A DNA stretch of 64,000 nucleotides, taken from positions 44,580,001 through 44,644,000 of the forward strand of contig NC_087447.1 in NCBI RefSeq assembly GCF_036321535.1, written 5' to 3'. Below, in pieces: positions 28,501 to 37,108 of this stretch. The DNA comes from Camelus dromedarius (lineage: Eukaryota). The notes beneath the pieces were generated by a model that worked only from the letters and a program-made list of their open reading frames with translations, was not told the origin of the DNA and ran no database searches. How positions within the stretch are numbered: position 1 is the stretch's first letter; every line of letters starts with the position of its first letter. The position numbers and the translations under genes were made by a program.

Positions 28501-30061
28501 CTAGATCTCCTATCTATTGCTCCCATTATATCTGCCCTCCAACCCTGTGTGATCTCCGTGCCTGTGACTTTTTTTTGCTCTTCCTCCATTATCACCCACC
28601 TTCCAACTTCACATCCTTTTCTTTCCAGCCAGGATCCAGTGATGCCTCCTTTAGCCCCCTCCAGCCTGCACTAGTACTGTCAATCTTCCTACTCTCCTAC
28701 CACACCAGTCAACAAAATTGGTATTAAAATTAATTACTTAAGAAATCAAAAGTTAATTACTTGGACTAATAATTCTGATTAGACTGAACTCAGAGCACAA
28801 AAACAGACCAATAAAAAGACTCTCTGAATAATTAAACTCAGACTTAACCAGTCGGAGTATACCAGTGTCATAGTATAATTGGCCCAAACCTTGATCAACA
28901 GAACAAGTTAGCCCAGGGATAACAGTGCAATCCCATTCTAAAGCTCACGTTGAAAATAGGGTTTACGATCTTGATGTTGGATCAGGACATCTTAATGGTG
29001 TAACTGCTATTAAAGGTTCATTTCCTCCATAATTAAAGCCCTACAAGATCACAGAACCAGGCCTATTAGCTCCTCTATAGACTCCTGGTAGCTAGTCCCA
29101 TCTGTGGGCTCACTCTGCTCTGATGTCTTAGCACAAGTCCTCAGGCAGCTACCTCTTGCAGTCTCCTCAGCCACGATTCCAGGCCTCCACCTACCTCCAC
29201 CCCATGTCCAGCCCTGCTGAGCTCCCAGTCCCAGCCCCTTCCCTGCCTCCATCTCTGCCCAGGGAAAACTGAGGCTCTCAGCCATGAACTAACTCGTTCA
29301 AGTTCCGCTGCCTCCCCACACATGTATCTGTACATATTCCCATCCTGATCTCGTCCCTGAATTTGAGAGGAAGGAGTGACTTTCTTCTCTGCGAGGCTAA
29401 TTCCTCCATTTGTGCTCTGGATCCCTTTTCCCCTCTTCATGATGTATTTTCAATTTCTTCTTCTTCAGCTGTTAGCCTATATTTAATCATTCACTCTACA
29501 AATACTTACTGAGCACCTACTTCTCAAGCACTGCCTTAAGGGCTATGAACATCTCTCCATTTTTTTCTTTTTGTAGAATCATGCTCAGCCACCAATACTC
29601 TTTCAATCTACTGTCCTAATCTCTCTTTCCCTTTTAAACCAAGCTTCATGAAAAAAACAGTAATACGTGATTTCCAGTTCTTCATCTTCCATTCACTCCT
29701 GAACACACTACAATCTGCCTTCCTCCTCACAAAGCTCCACTGAAACCGCTCTCACCAACCTCTTCCTTATTGCTAAACCCAGTATTTTTCAGATTTTTCT
29801 TATTTGCCTCAGTAGCATTTAACACTACTGACTGCTCCCTCCTCCCTCCCTCCACCTTACTTTTTTAATGGAGGTACTGGGGATCGAACCCAGGACCTTG
29901 TGCATGCTAAGTATGCACTTTACCACTGAGATATACCCTCCCCTCCTGCTCTCTCCTCCTTGAAATTTTCCTCTTATTTTGCCTCCCAACCTGCAAGATA
30001 TTTTGCTAATCCTAATCTAAATTCAAACTCTCCTGATGTGCTTTCCCCTAACTCTGATGTG

Positions 30062-30102
<41 letters not shown>

Positions 30103-32654
30103 CAGAGCAGCTGCCAGAGGAAAGACAATATTCTTTGATTTTATAGCACTTAACACAAATTGTAATGATATTTTATTTATATCAACTTACTTAACATCTA
30201 TCTCCCTTAACTAAGCTGTTGTAAAACCCCAGGGAAGGGACTGAGTCTGTTTTGCCATTTCTGTATCCTCAGCATCCAGCAGTTTCTGATCTATATTAGA
30301 TATACTATACTTTTTTTTTTTTACTTCTTTTTATTGAGTTATAGACATTTTACAATGTTGTGTCAAATTCCATATCTTATACTTCTTGAATGAATGAATG
30401 CCAAGGAAGCCAGTTCTGGAGAACATGGTGCAAATTAAGCTACATTAGTTAGGCCTCAGAGGTTTATTGCCAGCTCCAAAGAAAGGGCAAAGAACTTGAC
30501 TCCTTTCCAACATCTCAGCCCATTCTCACTTCAGTTAGGTTCCTCCAGGAAAAGAAACTTATACTCAGGGCCTGGGGCAGGTCTTTGAAAAAGGAGGGGT
30601 CTGCAGGGGTTACTGAAGGCATACATTGTTGGCACTGGCCACCTTCCATCAGGGCCCCAGGGGCCTGCCTATCTGTCTACCGTCAAGGCTCTAAGGCTTC
30701 AGGAAAAACTTGACCCATCCATGCATTTAGAGCAAAAATTGAGGAAGCCAAGCTTGATTTAAGGTAAAACTACCCTTCTTCCCAGACAGTGAATGAGTCA
30801 CAGACAAACTGGCCAGAGGACAGGGAGAAATTCCAAGACTAGAATTAGAGAACTCTCAGAAGAGAGGGTCTCTGTAGGCATTCTGAAACCCTGAAGAGAG
30901 CAATGAGAGCCAGATTAGGGAGGAAAATCATAGCTCCAGGGGCTAGGATTCCGACGCTCGCAGGGCAGGAAGAAGACTCTGGAAGGGTCAGAAGTAAAGT
31001 CTCATCTGGTAGTGCTGCCAACTCTAATCTGCCTTTGGAGCTGGCTTAGCTCACACAGACATGAGTGGGAAGGGCCTTCAGACAAGCACTCACCTAGGAG
31101 CAGCCCAAGGGAAGGACCTGGACCCAGCGTCCAGCACCCAGCACCCAGCACTAGGTAGGCCCAGAGGCAAGACAGGGATTACAAACGAGTGAGAAAAAGA
31201 ACTAAGCACTGTCTGCAAAAGAAGTCTAGAAACTCTGGAAACTCAAGGTTTTTTCTGAAGCTTTGGCTTCCTCGTGGTTGACTTTTGATTTTCATGAATT
31301 TCTGCACTTCCTTTTGGGGATTAACACTGAGAACACTGGGTTCATTCTGCAGACAAAAAGGAAGCAAGGAGTAGCCTCACACCAGCTTGGCTCGGGGTCA
31401 GGCTAATTGCTAACATCAATTATGAAGCTGGCTCTAGACATCCAAGTGACCTGAGAGGCACCCATGAACTGGCTTCTTTCTCTCCTTTGCTCAAAGCCCC
31501 AGATACGGTCCCTCACTTACTTAGTCTCTCTTCTTTCAACAGGCTCCTCCTCTCCGTTGCCAGTGTCACTGCTTTCATACTGTACAGGGATGTCCGTCGC
31601 AAGTGCCAAGGGCAGGAGGTTGAGGCCATCTAACCACTGGGCCTCTTCCAGGGCCACCTCGGCACCAACGATACCCAGGCTGTGCTGTAGCTCAGGCAGT
31701 GTCAGTGGTCGCAGCCATGTGGACAACTCCTCATCTACTTGCTGCCCTCCCCAACAAGCCTGCACAATAGGGCAGGCTGGGCGTGGAGTCCCACGATGGA
31801 ACCTCTGCTTCTGGGGACAGCAGTCAACATGGGAGGTGCCCTCTAACAAAGAGGTGTCTCGGGGAAAGGCCTGGTCTATGGCAACTAGCAGGTCCAGCTG
31901 GAGCTGGGACTCGACCCAGGGTGCCCAGCGGTACAGCTGCTCCAGGAAAGGCAGCAAATCAAGATGACCGACAAGCAGTGCACGATATGGAGGGAGCAGA
32001 TTCAGCACCGCAAGCAGGTAGTACCATGCGTCAGGGCTGCCGTCCTGCAGCACAGCTGAGAACAGAGTTCGGAGCTCAGCTACCAGGAGCAGCAGGACCG
32101 TAGGCCGCTCTGACCGAGTCACGGCCGCCTTCAGGCGCTGTCTCTGTTTTACCCGACAGGGCCAGGGCTGTTCTCCTTTGTCTTGGATACCTACAGAGTG
32201 CCGAGATTCAAGGGCTTCGGATGACACCTCTTCATCTGAGACCAAGAGGAGCCAGGCATTCAGCTGCTGTCGAATCGACCTTGCCCACTGCTCAGGATCC
32301 GAATGCCAGTTCCACGTTCCTCGTGGCTGGACCTCACCTGCTTGGCCCAACCCAGGAGAAGGGCAAGAGAAGAGGGCTTAGGCTCTAGGCAGGGTCAAGG
32401 GGTTAGGGGGAAGGGGAAGGGAGGGACTTCAGACGGGGAAATAAATGGATGGAGCTGCAGGGGGGAGCCAGACCAGAGACCCTGAACCCTCCCTACAGCT
32501 TTCCTAAAGACTGGTAAGCAGGCCCAGGACAGAGGTAGGGCCCTCCCAGCACAAAGTTCCTTCCCACTGCCCGGGACAATGTCCCCTCACCTGGCCTAAG
32601 GGGCACCGGAGGCAAAGGAAGGGAAGAGAGATGGATCTGCTGCTGAGGGTTCAT
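1300..32654 (-). CDS. DNHD1: Dynein heavy chain domain 1, 5' part (14 coding exons; gene continues past position 1)
   Basis: Phase-consistent exon chain of 3043 nt with no internal stop. Peptides such as ELRTLFSAVLQD, PPDKVNPEHYIFSPFGILHVHP and WEAFQFEKSQASEFLL match DNHD1 as I recall it. Order with TIMM10B, ARFIP2 and TRIM3 fits. Confidence 0.93.
1665..1790 (-). CDS. DNHD1: DNHD1 coding exon 13 (LNEANE...EALDIL)
   Basis: ctgcag|CTG acceptor, TTG|gtgaga donor, 126 nt. Confidence 0.88.
2263..2420 (-). CDS. DNHD1: DNHD1 coding exon 12 (AKLENIRKD...WCSQK)
   Basis: cttcag|AA acceptor, AAG|gtgggt donor, 158 nt. Confidence 0.9.
3097..3250 (+). mobile_element. Old Tigger-like DNA transposon fragment; a related copy lies at about 23715-23900
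   Basis: Both loci share CATCAAA..AAGAT..CA..TGTAAG and TTCAGAGATG. Family assignment is uncertain. Confidence 0.4.
4410..4559 (+). mobile_element. MER2/Tigger-type DNA transposon fragment
   Basis: TCATCTCTAGATTACTTATGATACCTAAT...TGTAAATGCTATGTAAATAGTTG and a GATACAGGGGGCCAACTG end, typical of MER2 (recalled). Confidence 0.6.
5053..5296 (-). CDS. DNHD1: DNHD1 coding exon 11 (GMLQEVQEFC...VQVEL)
   Basis: ccctag|GGC acceptor, TTGG|gtgagt donor, 244 nt. Confidence 0.9.
5387..5652 (-). CDS. DNHD1: DNHD1 coding exon 10 (EDEEEDS...QALLK), probable GC donor
   Basis: cactag|AA acceptor; AAG|gcaaga donor inferred from homology; 266 nt. An alternative in-frame GT lies 12 nt further on. Confidence 0.82.
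7020..8455 (+). mobile_element. Decayed L1/HAL1-type 5' and ORF1 remnant
   Basis: A-rich, with ORF1-like segments (ACAGGAGTCCCTGAAGAA, AATTAGATTACTATCAGATTTT, CCAGAAGAAAATGGAGTAACATCTTTAA) and many stops. Confidence 0.55.
11267..11542 (+). mobile_element. 5'-truncated L1 3' end with TSD
   Basis: L1 3'UTR motifs, AATAAA and A tail; near-identical TSD AAATAG(GG/TC)TCACTTTCA at 11250-11266 and 11543-11559. Confidence 0.8.
12664..12715 (-). CDS. DNHD1: DNHD1 coding exon 9 (VMQSTDPKTSWDPLYSE)
   Basis: gtgaag|GTA acceptor, GAAG|gtattt donor, 52 nt; required for phase into exon 10. Not in the ORF track. Confidence 0.82.
12849..12986 (-). CDS. DNHD1: DNHD1 coding exon 8 (APRQKPFLS...STLK)
   Basis: ttacag|GCC acceptor, AAG|gtattc donor, 138 nt. 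Confidence 0.9.
13096..13350 (-). CDS. DNHD1: DNHD1 coding exon 7 (IHEDTYHMQ...VANILQ)
   Basis: cggcag|ATT acceptor, CAA|gtgagg donor, 255 nt. Confidence 0.9.
17778..19620 (+). mobile_element. Old L1 ORF2 and 3'UTR remnant, interrupted by a younger L1 tail
   Basis: ORF2-like peptides (KLDSYPTPYIKINLKWIIYLNVK; ORF 18460..18660) followed by L1 3'UTR sequence. Confidence 0.8.
17822..17943 (+). mobile_element. Short L1 3' end nested in older L1
   Basis: Perfect TSD AAAAATACCATTTATAA at 17805-17821 and 17944-17960; (AAAAT)n tail. Confidence 0.8.
21089..21245 (-). CDS. DNHD1: DNHD1 coding exon 6 (LLQELHSVPW...SILHL)
   Basis: ttccag|G acceptor, CTG|gtaaga donor, 157 nt. Confidence 0.9.
22696..22882 (+). 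mobile_element. 5'-truncated L1 3' end with 20-nt TSD
   Basis: AAAAAAAGACTACAAGGATA at 22676-22695 and 22883-22902; L1 tail ending CTTCAATAAAAAA. Confidence 0.85.
23064..23174 (-). CDS. DNHD1: DNHD1 coding exon 5 (WKKSVKLQ...LLHIS)
   Basis: ctgtag|T acceptor, AG|gtgagg donor, 111 nt. Confidence 0.9.
23255..23458 (-). CDS. DNHD1: DNHD1 coding exon 4 (PYSLTVVPPDKVNPEHY...RKALA)
   Basis: ttaaag|G acceptor, TG|gtaggt donor, 204 nt. Confidence 0.92.
25690..27001 (-). mobile_element. ERVL-class LTR (about 26362-27001, LTR41/LTR33-like) with adjacent decayed internal sequence
   Basis: Minus strand starts GTGCCAGTTATTTAAGCAATTGTCTC...GGGGCTGGGACTCTGCAAA. A PBS-like TGGTATTATGAGTGGTCCCAGG and an ERVL-like leader follow. 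Subfamily from memory. Confidence 0.6.
27931..28104 (-). CDS. DNHD1: DNHD1 coding exon 3 (SLLDSEVPRE...SSRYF)
   Basis: ctgcag|G acceptor, AG|gtgaga donor, 174 nt. Confidence 0.92.
28770..29050 (+). pseudogene. NUMT: fragment of mitochondrial 16S rRNA (3' domain)
   Basis: 28891-29050 follows the conserved mt-16S core: AACAAGTTA.CC.AGGGATAACAG.GCAATC, AGGGTTTACGA.CT.GATGTTGGATCAGGACATC, GCTATTAAAGGTTC, ATTAAAG.CCTAC. Left boundary is approximate. Confidence 0.9.
29861..29943 (-). mobile_element. tRNA-derived SINE (vic-1-like)
   Basis: Reverse complement GGGGAGGGTATATCTCAGTGGTAAAG...GGGTTCGATCCCCAGTACCTCCATTAAAAAA. Confidence 0.85.
30065..30100 (+). repeat. (AC)n microsatellite, about 18 units
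   Basis: Read directly. Confidence 0.95.
30311..30372 (-). mobile_element. Very short L1 3' tail, same family as 11267-11542
   Basis: Reverse complement TGGAATTTGACACAACATTGTAAAATGTCTATAACTCAATAAAA is nearly identical to 11487-11530. Confidence 0.75.
31521..32337 (-). CDS. DNHD1: DNHD1 coding exon 2 (large N-terminal exon, 817 nt)
   Basis: ORF 31517..32350; aagcag|GT acceptor after a long pyrimidine tract, AA|gtaagt donor. Confidence 0.88.
32591..32654 (-). CDS. DNHD1: DNHD1 predicted first coding exon (MNPQQQIHLSSLPLPPVPLRP-G); exon begins at 32664
   Basis: ccaacag| acceptor at 32665, ATG at 32654, CCAG|gtgagg donor. Phase 1 matches the next exon, whose reading frame contains no Met. Confidence 0.7.
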
Positions 32655-32771
32655 GGGGATGTGCCTGTTGGAGAAATGGATGATCGAAGACGTGGGTCCA
32701 ACCACAGAGACTGGCATAAACGTGTGATCACTTGTGGAGGCAAATCGACACACACACTGAAAGGGGCTCAC

Positions 32772-32827
32772 TCAGAGGACCTCAGAACAGCAAGGAACTG
32801 TCACTGGGACTAGAGCCTGGCGATCGC
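32772..32827 (-). other. DNHD1: Putative DNHD1 5'UTR exon (56 nt)
   Basis: ttctcccccttcag| acceptor, TGA|gtgagc donor. Confidence 0.5.
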
Positions 32828-33099
32828 CTGAAGGGGGAGAACAGGTAGTCACTCAGAGGCAGCAAAGCCCCAGTCCCATCTGCCCATGCACTGAGGTGGG
32901 TGGTTAGACAGAAAGCAGAGGACTGGGTTCACATAACTACTTGGTTGGATGGAGGCGCGTGGGAGAGGACAGAGAGGACCAGGTGGGGAGGAGGAGGAGG
33001 AGGATCTGTGGGAGTGTGGGAGAAGGGGACATTCCTGGGAGCAGTGGTGAGAGTGGGGGAGGAGGGCGAAGGGAAGCGGATCCCCAGCAGCGGACTCAC

Positions 33100-33400
33100 C
33101 GGCAGCTCCATCCCCTCTCTGCTGTTAGAACGGTTAGAAGAGGCCGCAGCCTCTGCTGAGAGCACCCGCGGAGCCAGAAAGGGGCGGGGCCAAGGGGGAG
33201 GGCCTGGGAAGGGCGGGGCCCAGGCCAAACTTGTCGGCTGCGCGCAGGCCTTGGGAATAGAGGTCTGCCTGGTTGCGTCTGGAAAAGAGGCGCACGGTTG
33301 ACTTGGGAAAGTAGCAATCCTGAGAGCGTCATGGGCAGGTATAATCCATGTGCCCGTTTACCCATTCACGGAGCGTGTAAGCGAGCGCCGGGCACCAACA
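33100..33400 (-). promoter_or_regulatory. DNHD1: DNHD1 promoter and first exon (CpG-rich; donor at 33099)
   Basis: CCG|gtgagt donor; GC boxes at 33181-33190 and 33211-33219; palindrome CTGCGCGCAG at 33238-33247; MYB-like cores at 33122-33136. Confidence 0.65.
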
Positions 33401-34164
33401 AGCTGTCTTTGGGACCCCCTCCCCCGCCAACACACACTCTCAAACATCCACCTCATCTCCCCAAAACCCAAGTAAGACAAAATCCTGGGTCACCGGGGAC
33501 TCAAAATCAAGGGTAGGGGAGCCTGATGATTTAAAAAAACAAAAATTCAGCGTATGATGGAGTCCCACCTCTGCTTTGGATATCTGGTAAGAATCCCAAA
33601 ATTAAAAATGTAAAATGCCCACCAAAACAGAAAGGAACCTGTTCCTTTCACGATCTTCCCCATCTCAGTAAATGGCAAGTCCATTTTTCCAGTTGCTTGG
33701 ATCAAAATTTGGACTCCCCACCCTGCACACACACATTCCATATCTAAGCTTTAGCAAATCCTGTTAAGCAACAGCTTCAAAATATATCCAGAACCCAACT
33801 ATTGCTCACTACCTTAAGAGCTACACCTTGGTCTAAGCTACAACCACCTTTCACCTGGATTATCCCATAACCTTCCTACTGGTCTCCGTGCTTCCACCCT
33901 TGCCCCTACAATCTACTCCTTCACAGAGGAGTGATCCTTTTCAAATACAGGCAGATCCTATCACTCCCCTGCTCAAAACTCACTAATGCCTTATTATCTC
34001 ATTCTCTCAGGAAAGCCGAAGTTCTGTGTGGCCTACAAGCTGCCATCTGACCCAAGCGGGCTGCTCCCTCTGTAACCTGTCCTACTCTCCCCTATTCACA
34101 CCACTTCTATTGCCTGCATCCCACGGAGCCCGCTCCCACCTCAGAGCCTACCTATAGTACCTAC

Positions 34165-34760
34165 AGTTTTCTGTGGCTGTGTAACCGACTGTTACAAACT
34201 AAGCACCTGATTACTATCTCACAGTTCTGTAGATCCATGCTCAGCATGGCCTGACTGGGTTCTCTGCTCAGGGTATGATAAGCCTGAAATCAAGGTGTTG
34301 GCTGGGCTAGATTCTTGTCCGGAGGCTCTGGAGGAAAATCCTCTTCCAAGCTCATCCTTGTTGTTGGCAGGATTCAGTATCTTGCGGTTGTGGGACTGAG
34401 GTTCCTGTTTCCTCCTGGACATCAGCTGGGGGTCACTCTCAGGTCCTATAAGCCACCTGTCTTCCTTGCCATATGGCCCCTCCATCTTCAAACCAGCAAC
34501 AGCACCCCAAACCCTTTTCATGCTTCGAAACTTTCTACATTCTTTTCTGCAACTAGCCAGAGAAAACTTCCTGCTTTAAAAAAGTTCATGTGGTTAGGCC
34601 AGACCCACCCAGATAATCTTTCTTATAGTCAAGTATGCCATAAAATGTAACCTAATCACAGAAGTTAAACCTATCATATTCACAGTCTAAGGGATTATAT
34701 GGGGTGTGTACATAGGGGGCAGAAAATCCTGGGCACCACGTTACCATTCTGTCTACCATA
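34165..34760. mobile_element. MaLR LTR (MLT1-type)
   Basis: TCTCACAGTTCTGTAG...CTGAAATCAAGGTGTTGGCTGGGCT...GGAGGCTCTGGAGGAAAATCC...TTGTTGGCAGGATTCAGT, typical MLT1 motifs (recalled). Confidence 0.7.
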
Positions 34761-35953
34761 CATATGCTGTAATAACAAAAAGACCCCAAAATACAACAGC
34801 TTAACATGATAGCTTATTTTCTCTCTCACATAACTGTCCAAGTATAAGTACTCCAGAGGTAATATGGCTGCCTTTCAGTTGTGCTGCCTTCTCCAAGGAA
34901 ATGGTCCTTGTCTTCAAAGTCCAAGAGAGTTCACCATCATGTGTGCTGGGTTTCATCCCAGCTAGTGAGATGGGGTAGAGCAGAGAAGACATAGTCTTAC
35001 CTTTCAAGGCAAAAACTGGCATTGCACACATCACTCAATCACAGGCACATACCTAGCTGCAAGGAAAGCTGCAACATCTGATTTTTATTTTCAGTAACCA
35101 TGTGCCCAGATTAAAGTCAGGGGTTCGACTAGTAAAGGGAGAAGACAATGGATACCTGGGGACAAGCAGAGGCTTAGACCACAGTGAATACTCTTCTCCC
35201 AGACATCCACTAGGCCTATTCCCTCGTTTCAAGTCCCTGCTCAAAGAGACCTTACTAGTGAGTTCTTCTCTGACTACCTACCATAAAATAGCAACCCTCT
35301 CCCCACCTTTCTGATCCTCCATACCCCGCATTATTTTTCTCCGTAGCACTTATTACCGCCTCATATCAATACTTACTTAGTTGCTTATTGTCCATTTCTC
35401 CTGACTAGAAGTGTAAGCTCCACGGTGGCAGAGATTCTGACTGCTCTCTGCTCTTCCCTCAGCCCTTAGTGCTGGGCACCATGAGTAGGTGATCAGAATG
35501 TATCTGTGGAACAGATGCATAAATGTACAGCAACCTTCGTTAGCCAGGATGGCCTCTGGGAGTCAGACTGCCTGGACTGAACACCTGACCCCAGCACTTG
35601 CTAGTTGTGGGATATTTTACTGCAGTTTTATTTATTTTTTTTTTTTTTATAAAATGAAGATAATAATAGTACCTACCTTACAGGGCTGTCATGAGAATTA
35701 AATGAGTTAACGTAAAATGCTTGGAATAGAGGCTGGTAGCTAAGCACTAGGTACAGTGGATCTGTGTGAGCTAGGTGTCTGTGCTGTTGTTTATGGCACT
35801 CTACCAAGGGCTGTGGACAAAATGGTGAACAAGACATAACAAAAGGGTTCAATGAGGGCACAGATAAGAACTCTTCCTAGAAAAGGCAAGGAAGAGTCAT
35901 AGAATCATAGTAGGCTCTAAAGTTTAAGACCTTAAAGAACAGTTTTTTTCCAG

Positions 35954-36330
35954 TTATAAAATAAATAAGTTATGGGGACATAATATTTGGAATAGGGAAT
36001 ATAGTCAATAAACACTGTAATTACTTTAATTGGTGACAGATGGTAACTGGACTTATCACGGTGATCATCTCATAATGTATATAAATGTCAAATCATATGT
36101 TGTACACCTGAAACTAATATAACAATGTATGTCAATTATACTTCAACTGGGGAGAGGGTATAGCTCAATGGCAGAGTGTGTTTAGCATGTATGAGGTCCT
36201 GGGTTCAATCCCCAGTACCTCCATTAAAATAAATAAATATACCTAAGTACCTCCCACCAAACAAAACAAAAAAACCCAACCAAATAAATAAAATTTTAAA
36301 AATTATACTTCAATTAAAAAAAAAACAAAA
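35954..36330 (+). mobile_element. L1 3' end (L1MA-like) carrying a nested SINE
   Basis: GTTGTACACCTGAAACTAATATAA...GTCAATTATACTTCAA tail; AACAGTTTT..CCAG repeated at about 35938-35953 and 36333-36345. Confidence 0.75.
36149..36300 (+). mobile_element. tRNA-derived SINE (vic-1-like) inserted in the L1 tail
   Basis: A and B boxes; TSD AATTATACTTCAA at 36134-36146 and 36301-36313. Confidence 0.88.
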
Positions 36331-36550
36331 ACAACAGTTTTCCAGACAGGCAAGGTGAAAAAGGAAATCTGTTCAGAAACTTCTACTGAGCCCTCAACAC
36401 TACCTAATAACCTAATTATGTTCCTTTTGTCAGTTCACTCTCTCATTCTCTGCGAAGACTATTTCAAGCCTTCTGCTGCACTCTCATCTTCCATTTTCTT
36501 GTTTTACTCTCTGGTAACTTTACTTCCTACTTAAAAAAAAAAAAAGATGC

Positions 36551-36987
36551 TGTATCAGTCAGGGTTCTCCAGAAAAAGAGAACCAATATATAGAGAGAGA
36601 CACACAGAGAAGAGACAGAGATAGAGAGACAGAGAGGCGTTTATTTTAAGAAATTGGCTCACATGATTGTGGGGCTGGCAAGTCCAAAATCCTTAAGGTA
36701 GATAGGTCAGCATGCTGGAAACTCAGGCAGGAGTTAATGTTGCAGTGTCTTGAGGGAGAATTCCTTCTTCTCTGGGAAATCTCAGTTTTTGCTTTCAAGG
36801 CCTTCAGCTGATTGGATGAAGTCCACCCACATTACTGAGGGCAGTTTCTTTTACTTAAAGTCAACTGATTGTAGATGTTAACCACATCTATAAAATACCT
36901 TCACAGTAACACCTCGATTATTAGCGTTTGATGAAATAACTGGGTACTGTAACCTAGCCAATTTGACACACAAAACTAACCATTACA
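36551..36987. mobile_element. Solo LTR, MLT2-type (ERVL)
   Basis: TG...CA termini; TGTATCAGTCAGGGTTCTCCAGA, AATTGGCTCACATGATTGTGGGGCTGGCAAGTCC, AAAACTAACCATTACA. Confidence 0.8.
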
Positions 36988-37010
36988 CAATTATTTAAAA
37001 GAAATTCTCA

Positions 37011-37108
37011 GGGGAGGGTAAAGCTCAGTGGTAGAGCACATGTTTAGCATGCACAAGGTCAGGTTCAATCCCCAGTACCTCCATTTAAAAAAAGACAGAT
37101 AAATAAAT
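37011..37108 (+). mobile_element. tRNA-derived SINE (vic-1-like)
   Basis: GGGGAGGGTAAAGCTCAGTGGTAGAG...GGTTCAATCCCCAGTACCTCCATT with a small internal deletion. Confidence 0.85.

Noticed and set aside
28891..29050. Functional rRNA gene or bacterial 23S contamination
   Set aside because: Short, mutated at conserved positions, mitochondrial-type and embedded in nuclear intron sequence.
31464..32103. Plus-strand ORFs (167 aa, 106 aa) over the large DNHD1 exon
   Set aside because: Antisense shadows of a GC-rich coding exon with no independent support.
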